Notes under the pieces: generated by a model
Databases searched by the model: none
What the model was told of the DNA's origin: nothing
What the model saw: the letters and a program-made list of their open reading frames with translations, nothing else
IMG/VR virus record: IMGVR_UViG_3300011507_000009
Location: 1-6,858 of that record
From: a virus
Direction: 5' to 3' (one strand)
Length of the DNA stretch: 6,858 nucleotides
In this document: piece after piece, positions 1 to 5,393 of the stretch
Numbering within the stretch: the stretch's first letter is position 1
How the letters are laid out: every line of letters begins with the position of its first letter
Translations under genes and position numbers: made by a program

Positions 1-123
1 CCGTCCTGATCGTAACCAACGGACATACGCCGCGAGTTGCGCTTGAGCATTTCAAGATCGCTAGTGGATACGCAGAACGGCTTCGGGAAAGTCACCGGCT
101 GGGCGATCTGGTCATATCTCGGA
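1..123. repeat. Left copy of the exact 123-nt terminal direct repeat (circularisation overlap of the contig)
   Basis: Bases 1-123 are identical base for base to 6736-6858. The repeat lies inside the Zot coding frame, so it is not an LTR or IS end. Confidence 0.9.
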
Positions 124-929
124 GCCGACGACGGCACGTCAGCAACCCGAGGCGTGCGCGAGGCGATGTATTCATCGACGCCGATAGTGTCCATCGACGC
201 AGGCGACGCCGTAGCCAAGATGCCCTTGGACGGCTGAGCAACCTGTTCAGGCTCAGCCACCGGCTCAGCATCCCCAACGATACGGCCCGATATCTTCCAA
301 GCGGCAAGGCCGAGCAGGACGAGGCAGACCACGAAGACATAGAGCGCCCGAGGCGCTCTGAACTTGAAGTGATGTTCGGTCCCATCCTTCACCGACTTGT
401 AGCAACCGAAATACGTCGGGTCAATGGTGATCCGGGTTGACTGACCGTCAGGAAAGTCGAGCTTCTCACCGACGTTCATCACCGGTTGATCGAACTCCCA
501 ACGCTTGATGAACTTGCCGCCCCGCCCCCGGTAGTAGTGGATGTGCATGCCGCACAGCTCGCGCATATGCGAGTCAATCAGCTTGGGGCTTTGCGTGATG
601 GCATGAAGCTCGTGACCATCCTTCCGCATGATTTCAAGCCTTGAGGCATAGAGCGGCACCTTGGAGCCTTGGGGGCGAACACGGAACCAGGTCTGCGCCT
701 CGTCGATAACAATGATCGCGTTCTGCGGTAGGTCGTACCAGGTCTCAGGGTGATCGAACTCAACCCAAGTAGCCTTGATGGCCGGATGATCGGGCTTAAA
801 GTCGGTGATGTTGCAGTAATAGACCGTGCGCCCTTCCCTGTGCGCCTTCTGGTCAATTTCCTTGATCGAGTTCAGGGTCTTACCGTTGCCCTGCTTGCCA
901 GTTCGAAGCACAAACGTTGCCGTAGACAT
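1..929 (-). CDS. zot: Zot / pI-type assembly ATPase, N-terminal 309 codons. The gene runs off the window start and continues at 6735->6471; the full gene is join(6471..6735,1..929), 397 aa.
   Basis: My own translation from ATG 929-927 reads MSTATFVLRTGKQGNGKTLNSIKEIDQKAHREGRTVYYCNITDF... Walker A is GKQGNGKT, Walker B-like is IIVIDEAQ, and the mid-protein TM segment is ALYVFVVCLVLLGLAAW. No stop occurs down to base 1. The frame (929 mod 3 = 2) matches the 6471..6830 ORF, whose ...VTFPKPFCVSTSDLEMLKRNSRRMSVGYDQDG lies in the overlap. The start overlaps the upstream stop (TGATG). The ORF track misses it because the frame is open at the window edge. Confidence 0.9.
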   Translation of the reverse strand, partial: MSTATFVLRTGKQGNGKTLNSIKEIDQKAHREGRTVYYCNITDFKPDHPAIKATWVEFDHPETWYDLPQNAIIVIDEAQTWFRVRPQGSKVPLYASRLEIMRKDGHELHAITQSPKLIDSHMRELCGMHIHYYRGRGGKFIKRWEFDQPVMNVGEKLDFPDGQSTRITIDPTYFGCYKSVKDGTEHHFKFRAPRALYVFVVCLVLLGLAAWKISGRIVGDAEPVAEPEQVAQPSKGILATASPASMDTIGVDEYIASRTPRVADVPSSAPRYDQIAQPVTFPKPFCVSTSDLEMLKRNSRRMSVGYDQD

Positions 930-1237
930 CAGTTACCCCCGACAGAGCCGAGCGACTTTTTCGAGCCGCTGACCTTGTTGACGCCAGACAGAACAATGCG
1001 CGTAGTCACCGCGGCGAAAACGATGTTGACCGCCACGTCGAACTTGAACATGCCCATAATTTGGGCAACGTCAGCGGACACGCCAGTTAGCTGAGCCATC
1101 ACCTGGGCCTTTGCCTGATCCATCACGAAGTTGATGCCGACATAGGTCACGGCACCAATGCCGAGGGCAGACAGCACCTTCTTGACCAGCGGAACGATGG
1201 CCGTGCTGAGAAACGTCATAATCGCGACAAAGTGCAT
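929..1237 (-). CDS. pVI-like minor coat / membrane protein (DUF2523-like), 102 aa
   Basis: ORF track 929..1237. The protein is hydrophobic, with the motif VLSALGIGAVTYVGINF that I recall as typical of the small protein between pIII and Zot in Pf/Xanthomonas/Ralstonia-type inoviruses. It sits between the adsorption gene and Zot, with 1-nt stop/start overlaps on both sides (TAATG at 1237, TGATG at 929). Confidence 0.75.
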   Translation of the reverse strand: MHFVAIMTFLSTAIVPLVKKVLSALGIGAVTYVGINFVMDQAKAQVMAQLTGVSADVAQIMGMFKFDVAVNIVFAAVTTRIVLSGVNKVSGSKKSLGSVGGN

Positions 1238-2607
1238 TACTCACCCCCGAAAGAACGGCCGACGTAGACCATGAAGAACAGCGAGGCCATCGCCACAACG
1301 ATGTAGGAAAGCGCCCCGGCGAAGTCGCAGAGCGGCTGATAGGAAAGCTGGATCGTGCGGCCGATGCTCTCGATGCGGAGCGACTTTGGCGCTGGACAGG
1401 TGGAGCTATAGAAGCGAGTGCCCATATTGAAAAAGCCGCTCGCGTCAACGGTCTCTTCCTTGAGCTGATATTCGCCCTTGGCTATCTCCGCATTGATAGT
1501 CGGCGCTGCCTTGGAATAGTCGCGGGCTTCCTGGTCGGCGCATGCCTGCATTTTCTGAGACCGAAGAATCGCGCACTGAATGGCATCGCCCTCGCAGGTA
1601 ATCGTGGCCGAACAGGACTCACCGGAAACCGAAGACTTAGGGTAATCGTCTTCATCGTCCGAACCATCACCGGAGCCGCCGCCACCGCCAGGAAGACCAC
1701 CACCAGTATCGCCACCCGAGCCATCGCCGCCCGAGCCATCGCCACCAGAGCCATCGCCACCCGAGCCATCGCCACCGCCACCGCCACCGCCGCCAGTATC
1801 ACCGCCGCCAGTATCACCGCCGCCAGTATCACCGCCGCCAGTATCACCGCCGCCATCGTCAGGATTTTTGGCGCAGGTGGTACCAGACCAACCATAACCA
1901 GGCGGACAGCCGGGATCGTTTGGATCAGACGGAGGTGTGTCAGGAGTATTTGGTGGGTTTAGAGGATCACCAGGAACACCAAGGGGATAGTCAGGCTCAG
2001 AGCAGTTATCGCCAGTTGCGTTACCAATAAAATTGCAAAATCCCTCAGTTTGGGAACCGGGAGTAAAAAAACAAGAACTAGCGCGATTATCGGTCAGATA
2101 ACTGCATCGGTTATAACAGACAGTGCCAGGCGAACGAGTGACGACATAATTAGCGCCATTGGAGTTGACAACCGGGGCAGGTGATGACCTGAAAATGCCG
2201 GGGCTTGCAGTGCTGCAATCTGGTGGTGGAGGCTCGCACTCGCCATTATCCGGGTTATATAAGTAATCTACAGGGCAAGAATCGCCAATGCGTAAAGCAG
2301 AGCCTAAGTTATAATCACCACCATTTGTCCCCTCAGGGTGAAGCGTTCTGCTCATTACACAAATATAAAGTGTCGCAGCTTGCTTAATCATTCTTTTAAA
2401 TTGGTAGCGATAACGACCATTACTAGACTCTGCTTGTGAATTAGCAAATTGAGCAACTTGTTGACAGACAGAGGTGGGAGAGGAGCCTGTAATAGTCCCC
2501 TTAGAATGCTCATAAATCCACTTATATTCCGCAGCAAAACTAGCCTGTATATGAAAAACAGAAAAAAACACAATGAGCAGACGAGAATAAATAATAATAG
2601 AGCGCAT
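1237..2607 (-). CDS. pIII-like adsorption / minor coat protein, 456 aa from ATG 2607
   Basis: Signal peptide MRSIIIYSRLLIVFFSVFHIQASFA|AEYKW. The N-terminal half is Cys-rich. The Pro-rich then Gly-rich linker contains (GGGDT)x4 and (GGDGS)x4. The C-terminal domain has CEGDAIQCAILRSQKMQAC and a terminal membrane anchor, ALSYIVVAMASLFFMVYVGRSF. A GGGCGGG SD-like element lies 6 nt upstream of ATG 2607. The track's TTG start at 2664 would add 19 hydrophobic residues ahead of a normal signal peptide. Confidence 0.85.
   Translation of the reverse strand: MRSIIIYSRLLIVFFSVFHIQASFAAEYKWIYEHSKGTITGSSPTSVCQQVAQFANSQAESSNGRYRYQFKRMIKQAATLYICVMSRTLHPEGTNGGDYNLGSALRIGDSCPVDYLYNPDNGECEPPPPDCSTASPGIFRSSPAPVVNSNGANYVVTRSPGTVCYNRCSYLTDNRASSCFFTPGSQTEGFCNFIGNATGDNCSEPDYPLGVPGDPLNPPNTPDTPPSDPNDPGCPPGYGWSGTTCAKNPDDGGGDTGGGDTGGGDTGGGDTGGGGGGGGDGSGGDGSGGDGSGGDGSGGDTGGGLPGGGGGSGDGSDDEDDYPKSSVSGESCSATITCEGDAIQCAILRSQKMQACADQEARDYSKAAPTINAEIAKGEYQLKEETVDASGFFNMGTRFYSSTCPAPKSLRIESIGRTIQLSYQPLCDFAGALSYIVVAMASLFFMVYVGRSFGGE
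1711..1770 (-). repeat. 4 x 15-bp tandem repeat encoding (GGDGS)4 in the pIII linker
   Basis: Units gccacccgagccatc / gccgcccgagccatc / gccaccagagccatc / gccacccgagccatc. Confidence 0.9.
1786..1860 (-). repeat. 4 perfect plus 1 degenerate 15-bp tandem repeat encoding (GGGDT)4 in the pIII linker
   Basis: accgccgccagtatc occurs four times (1786-1845), followed by accgccgccatcgtc (1846-1860). Confidence 0.9.
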
Positions 2608-2608
2608 A

Positions 2609-2680
2609 TTAAACCCGCCCAAAAAATAAAGCCCAGAAAGCAAGAGTAATAACGAAAATCGCAAATTCAGTGGGTCCCAT
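2609..2680 (-). CDS. 23-aa hydrophobic micro-protein (MGPTEFAIFVITLAFWALFFGRV), candidate minor coat / membrane protein
   Basis: ATG 2680-2678 is preceded by GGGAG (2693-2689) with 8-nt spacing. The protein has a single TM-like stretch with a basic end. Its TAA stop lies 1 nt before the pIII ATG. It is below the ORF-track size cut-off. Confidence 0.5.
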   Translation of the reverse strand: MGPTEFAIFVITLAFWALFFGRV

Positions 2681-2693
2681 TTTTCAAACTCCC

Positions 2694-2727
2694 AATAAAA
2701 AGGGGCGCGGTTTGACCCGAGCCCCTT
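2694..2727 (-). terminator. Rho-independent terminator downstream of the major coat gene
   Basis: The minus strand reads AAGGGGC-t-CGG-gtcaaa-CCG-c-GCCCCTT followed by TTTTATT. It sits 18 nt after the coat-gene stop and directly abuts the GGGAG RBS of the next ORF. This matches the terminator after gene VIII in Ff phages. Confidence 0.7.
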
Positions 2728-2745
2728 GGCTGCACAACGGGTCGA

Positions 2746-2934
2746 TTACATCGCGCGGCGCATGTACTTGAACGCAGCGATGCCGACCAGAACGACCAGA
2801 ACGGCACCGCCGATCACAGCGGCGTCAGTACCGGCTTCGGTGATTGCTTCAGTGACACCAGCCGGAACGGCAGCGAAGGCCGAGCCAGCAGCAACGGTGG
2901 AACCAGCGACGAACAGAGCTTTGAGCTTTTGCAT
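2746..2934 (-). CDS. Major coat protein precursor (pVIII-like), 62 aa; predicted mature form is 41 aa
   Basis: It is internal to track ORF 2746..3132, and ATG 2934 has GGAG 8 nt upstream. The sequence is MQKLKALFVAGSTVAAGSAFA|AVPAGVTEAITEAGTDAAVIGGAVLVVLVGIAAFKYMRRAM. This gives a signal peptide, an acidic N-terminus, a hydrophobic core and a basic C-terminus. The ...IGGAVL..VGI..K..RRAM tail resembles Xf/Cf-type coat proteins as I remember them. Confidence 0.9.
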   Translation of the reverse strand: MQKLKALFVAGSTVAAGSAFAAVPAGVTEAITEAGTDAAVIGGAVLVVLVGIAAFKYMRRAM

Positions 2935-2945
2935 GAGATGCACTC

Positions 2946-3158
2946 CTATGTGCGGGTTGAAAGAGCTTTTTTTACTGCAAGAATCCCGAAGACAACCGCG
3001 AACAAAAACAGCGCTTGGCCGGTAAGTACCGGTATATCCTCGGGAGTTAGGCCGGAATGGCCTAATTCGTCGCGCTCGATGGCAGTAAGAGTTCCAACGC
3101 AGGACAAGTAGCCATCCGGCGAAGTTTTCCAACTACCATCGCACGCGAGCAAATACAT
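2946..3158 (-). CDS. 70-aa protein with C-terminal TM helix and basic tail, in the minor-coat (pVII/pIX) slot between the ssDNA-binding gene and the major coat gene
   Basis: ORF track 2946..3158. The sequence ends ...GQALFLFAVVFGILAVKKALSTRT. Its start overlaps the upstream stop (TGATG at 3158). Confidence 0.6.
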   Translation of the reverse strand: MYLLACDGSWKTSPDGYLSCVGTLTAIERDELGHSGLTPEDIPVLTGQALFLFAVVFGILAVKKALSTRT

Positions 3159-3505
3159 CAGTTAGCGCCTGCTGCAACAGGAGCCGGGCGTGGTTGGACG
3201 CGCTGCACAGGAACTGGCAAGCCGTCATCGGATAGCCAGAGGTCCATGCCAAAAGCGGTGCCTGTTTTGGACTTCCACGCTTTGGCATATACGGGGACGG
3301 CAACTTGTTTGCCGATGTACGCCTTATAAGCGTTCTCGATGCCAGAATCGAGTTGGCGCTTGGAAACTTTGAGACCAATAGATTGCTCGACCTCTTGGCC
3401 GAATTGGTCACGACCAGGAGCGGTCAGAACCAAGTAATGCTCAATGATGCCATTCATCTTTTCTTTAGAAGTGACGCCCTTACACAGGCCCATTTGTACC
3501 AGCAT
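3158..3505 (-). CDS. Probable ssDNA-binding protein (pV position), 115 aa from ATG 3505
   Basis: It lies in the frame of track ORF 3158..3568, and the internal ATG 3505 has GAGG 8 nt upstream. Position is rep -> this ORF -> coat genes. The body is beta-rich with a Pro-rich flexible tail (PVPVQRVQPRPAPVAAGAN). The function is assigned by position and composition only. Confidence 0.55.
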   Translation of the reverse strand: MLVQMGLCKGVTSKEKMNGIIEHYLVLTAPGRDQFGQEVEQSIGLKVSKRQLDSGIENAYKAYIGKQVAVPVYAKAWKSKTGTAFGMDLWLSDDGLPVPVQRVQPRPAPVAAGAN

Positions 3506-3519
3506 GGTGATTACCTCGG

Positions 3520-3606
3520 TTATGAACGGGCCCAGCGCCCGAGAAAGTGAATTGCCAACAGTCCGCACATAGTGACGACCAGGACGTTAAGGGTTGCGGC
3601 GATCAT
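3520..3606 (-). CDS. 28-aa hydrophobic micro-protein (MIAATLNVLVVTMCGLLAIHFLGRWARS), candidate pVII/pIX-like membrane protein
   Basis: ATG 3606-3604 overlaps the stop of the preceding 48-aa ORF (ATGA). It has a single TM-like segment with a basic C-terminus, and it ends 14 nt before the pV-like ATG. It is below the ORF-track cut-off. Confidence 0.4.
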   Translation of the reverse strand: MIAATLNVLVVTMCGLLAIHFLGRWARS

Positions 3607-3749
3607 GAAAAAAGCCCGGTACGCTTTTGCGCTTGAAACCAACCGCGCTCGTATTCGTTGTAGTCGTAGCTGCAAAGCAGGTACGGGTTGCAATAAATAC
3701 GGCGCGGACGGTAGTCACGAAAGCCGCACAGATATGCCCAAGAAAGCAT
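3603..3749 (-). CDS. 48-aa Tyr/Cys-rich small protein of unknown function (MLSWAYLCGFRDYRPRRIYCNPYLLCSYDYNEYERGWFQAQKRTGLFS)
   Basis: ATG 3749-3747 overlaps the rep stop codon (TGATG). The frame is open to TGA 3605-3603. It is below the ORF-track cut-off and has no recognisable family. Confidence 0.4.
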   Translation of the reverse strand: MLSWAYLCGFRDYRPRRIYCNPYLLCSYDYNEYERGWFQAQKRTGLFS

Positions 3750-5011
3750 CATGCAGCCTCCACCGATGGCTCAACGTACCAACCAGGACGCTGAGCGCTG
3801 AAATCGACTTGAAGGAAGCGCAGGATCGGAACAACGTTGTTCTTCTGGTCATCCATCTTCAGCTTCTGCAAAGCGGCCTTTGAAAGTCCGCATTCGCAAA
3901 TCTGATCAACGTGGCGGTAGAAGGTCGCACGGGACATAGAATCCATAGTTTCCTGCCAACCGTAATCCTTGATGCTGCGGTATGTGCGAAACAGGTTGAG
4001 AGCAACTGTCTCATTGGCTTTCCCGTTCTTTCCGAACTTCGTCCAACGGGCTTTAAGTGCGGCCAGCACTTTTTCGTCATTAATTACTCGCATGGAGATA
4101 CCTTCAAAGGCCGCAAACAGTTCTTTAGTTACTTGTTCCCAACACCACTGAATAAAACAACTCCCCTGCTCTTCCAGCCGCTCCTGGTAGTCGCACAGGG
4201 CCCATAAATTCGTCGGGATGTTTCTGCGCTCAAGCCAGCGATGCATAACAGTGGCTTCGAGACGAAGAAGGTTTTCCGCCCACTCCTGGAGCGCCGGGTT
4301 CTGGAGCACCGCCAACAGCCGGTGAGCCGCGAACGCCTGGGACGGAACGAAGTTGGCGCCGCCGTAGGCACGAGCGGCCTTGATGGCTTCATCGAGCTGG
4401 CGGCGAAACTCAGGGCCCTTGAGGTAGGCCTTGAGCTTGCGCAGACGGGTTTCCTTGGAGCCCCAATAAGCCGTCGTTTCGTAGTCGTCGCCACGGTTGC
4501 GGGTCTGGCCGTTGCTGACCCCGCGAAGCGCCTGGATCAGTTGGAGCGCGGTGCGCTCATCGGGCAGGCGGGCGGAATAAGTGCAATCGATGCCGTAGAC
4601 CTCGGCGGCTTGCCAGTCCAGCAAGGCCCAGAGCTTCGGGTAGGACCCGGCAAGCCACTTCAACATGACCTCACCACCCTTGCGGATCGAGGTCGGCCCA
4701 AAAACGTTGTGCCCCTGGAGCAGCTTAGCCGGGCTGGCTTTCAGCTCGACGCCGGGCTGCACACGTTTTCCGAGGGACTGGTGAAACACCTTGAAGGCGA
4801 GCGGCGTGAAGCCGGTCGAAAGGCTTTCCCACGCGTGGCTGATGTCCTCGACCTGATAACCACCCTTTCCGTCTGCAAGAACGCTGGTGGCACGAAGCGG
4901 AACACCGAGCTCTTCCAGATCGACGATCAGCAGCTCATTGCCGCGCTTACCAGTGCTGGTAGCGATGGCCTGAGCCTTGAACGGTACGAAAAGATGGATT
5001 TTATCGAGCAT
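3749..5011 (-). CDS. Rolling-circle replication initiation protein, pII / RstA (Phage_CRI-type) family, 420 aa
   Basis: ORF track 3749..5011. The motif KASPAKLLQGHNVFG matches the conserved ..SP.K..QGHN.FG box I recall in filamentous-phage pII/RstA proteins. It is the first and largest gene of the operon, downstream of a divergent control region. Confidence 0.85.
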   Translation of the reverse strand: MLDKIHLFVPFKAQAIATSTGKRGNELLIVDLEELGVPLRATSVLADGKGGYQVEDISHAWESLSTGFTPLAFKVFHQSLGKRVQPGVELKASPAKLLQGHNVFGPTSIRKGGEVMLKWLAGSYPKLWALLDWQAAEVYGIDCTYSARLPDERTALQLIQALRGVSNGQTRNRGDDYETTAYWGSKETRLRKLKAYLKGPEFRRQLDEAIKAARAYGGANFVPSQAFAAHRLLAVLQNPALQEWAENLLRLEATVMHRWLERRNIPTNLWALCDYQERLEEQGSCFIQWCWEQVTKELFAAFEGISMRVINDEKVLAALKARWTKFGKNGKANETVALNLFRTYRSIKDYGWQETMDSMSRATFYRHVDQICECGLSKAALQKLKMDDQKNNVVPILRFLQVDFSAQRPGWYVEPSVEAA

Positions 5012-5054
5012 GCCGGTATTCCGTTACAGCGGTACACGTTACGCGATGGGGGAA

Positions 5055-5083
5055 CTTATACGCCGTAACGCGTTACAAAGCAA
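5055..5083 (-). promoter_or_regulatory. Candidate sigma70 promoter for rep: -35 TTGCTT (5083-5078), 17-nt spacer, -10 TATAAG (5060-5055)
   Basis: Read on the minus strand: TTGCTT-tgtaacgcgttacggcg-TATAAG, about 44 nt upstream of the rep ATG. The spacer contains the 12-bp palindrome. Confidence 0.35.
5065..5076. promoter_or_regulatory. Perfect 12-bp palindrome GTAACGCGTTAC, a candidate operator. Further CGTTAC copies lie at 5022-5027 and 5037-5042.
   Basis: The sequence is exactly self-complementary. It lies between the divergent rep and 65-aa ORF start codons, and the half-site CGTTAC is repeated twice more within 50 bp. Confidence 0.5.
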
Positions 5084-5123
5084 CACGTGACAGAATAACC
5101 AGCATCAGAGGAACACCAGGATC

Positions 5124-5321
5124 ATGACAGTGACCAAGCCCTACCGTGTGCGAGATGAGTTCGCAGACTCGATCAAAGAGAGGCGGATCAACATGATCGT
5201 CGAGACCCGCGAAGACATAGCCGAAGCCGACCTAGTGAACGCAACACTCTGGAAGTATCTCGACCAAATAACCACAAAAGATGTAATGAAATACCGCGAA
5301 GAAGTGCTCAAGAAAGACTGA
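5124..5321 (+). CDS. 65-aa small DNA-binding protein candidate (ribbon-helix-helix-like), divergent from rep, in the slot of an RstR-type phage regulator
   Basis: ORF track 5124..5321. The pattern KPYRVRDEFADSIKERR...EADLVNATLWKYL fits strand-helix-helix of Arc/CopG-type proteins. It is the only convincing plus-strand gene. The SD is marginal (GAGG 12 nt upstream). Confidence 0.5.
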   Translation: MTVTKPYRVRDEFADSIKERRINMIVETREDIAEADLVNATLWKYLDQITTKDVMKYREEVLKKD

Positions 5322-5338
5322 GCAGAAATCGCGCAAAA

Positions 5339-5393
5339 GTCTCACCATGAGACAAGAGTCCACCATTAGAGATGGTGGACCCGGCTGCGCCGG
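5339..5393. other. Three abutting perfect stem-loops in the large intergenic region
   Basis: GTCTCA-cca-TGAGAC (5339-5353), GTCCACCAT-tagag-ATGGTGGAC (5358-5380) and CCGGC-tgc-GCCGG (5381-5393). Confidence 0.7.

Noticed and set aside
1-123. Terminal repeats as LTRs, IS ends or a duplicated target site
   Set aside because: They are direct, exact and lie inside the Zot coding frame. The simplest explanation is an assembly overlap of a circular molecule.
92-856. Minus-strand ORFs 92..385 and 578..856, and plus-strand ORFs 37..237 and 750..1094
   Set aside because: They are out of frame with, or antisense to, the continuous Zot frame, which has Walker A/B motifs. The minus-strand pair is Arg/Ser/Pro-rich (the 114-aa plus-strand ORF 750..1094 is not), and all are artefacts of Zot being open at the window edge.
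1711-1860. Regularly spaced 15-bp repeats as a possible CRISPR-like or iteron array
   Set aside because: The units are contiguous with no spacers. They are in frame and encode the Gly-rich linker of pIII.
1878-1885. A fourth TGGTACCA copy inside pIII at the GC-composition boundary
   Set aside because: It is isolated and lacks the A/T4 flanks shared by the clustered copies. It encodes part of WSGTTC, so it is probably coincidental, though its position at the mosaic junction is noted.
1071-1895. Minus-strand ORFs 1071..1448 and 1482..1895
   Set aside because: These are alternative frames of the pIII/pVI-like genes. The second is just the Gly-repeat DNA read as poly-Ala/Val. Neither has SD or start-context support.
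2608-2664. TTG start at 2664 for the pIII-like gene (475-aa model)
   Set aside because: It would place 19 extra hydrophobic residues in front of a complete signal peptide. ATG 2607 has its own SD-like element, and the region is better explained by the SD-preceded 23-aa ORF in another frame.
2935-3132. N-terminal extension of the coat gene (128-aa ORF 2746..3132), and plus-strand ORFs 2726..3025 and 2929..3111
   Set aside because: The extension is Arg/Cys-rich and overlaps the 70-aa ORF frame. The GGAG-preceded ATG 2934 gives a textbook coat precursor. The plus-strand ORFs are antisense artefacts.
3506-3568. GTG start at 3568 for the pV-like gene (136-aa model)
   Set aside because: There is no SD upstream. 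The internal ATG 3505 has GAGG at ideal spacing, and the extension would overlap the coupled 28-aa ORF.
4241-5068. 275-aa plus-strand ORF
   Set aside because: It is entirely antisense to the well-supported rep gene and has no SD. Its Ala/Gly/Leu/Arg-rich composition is typical of antisense frames in GC-rich coding DNA.
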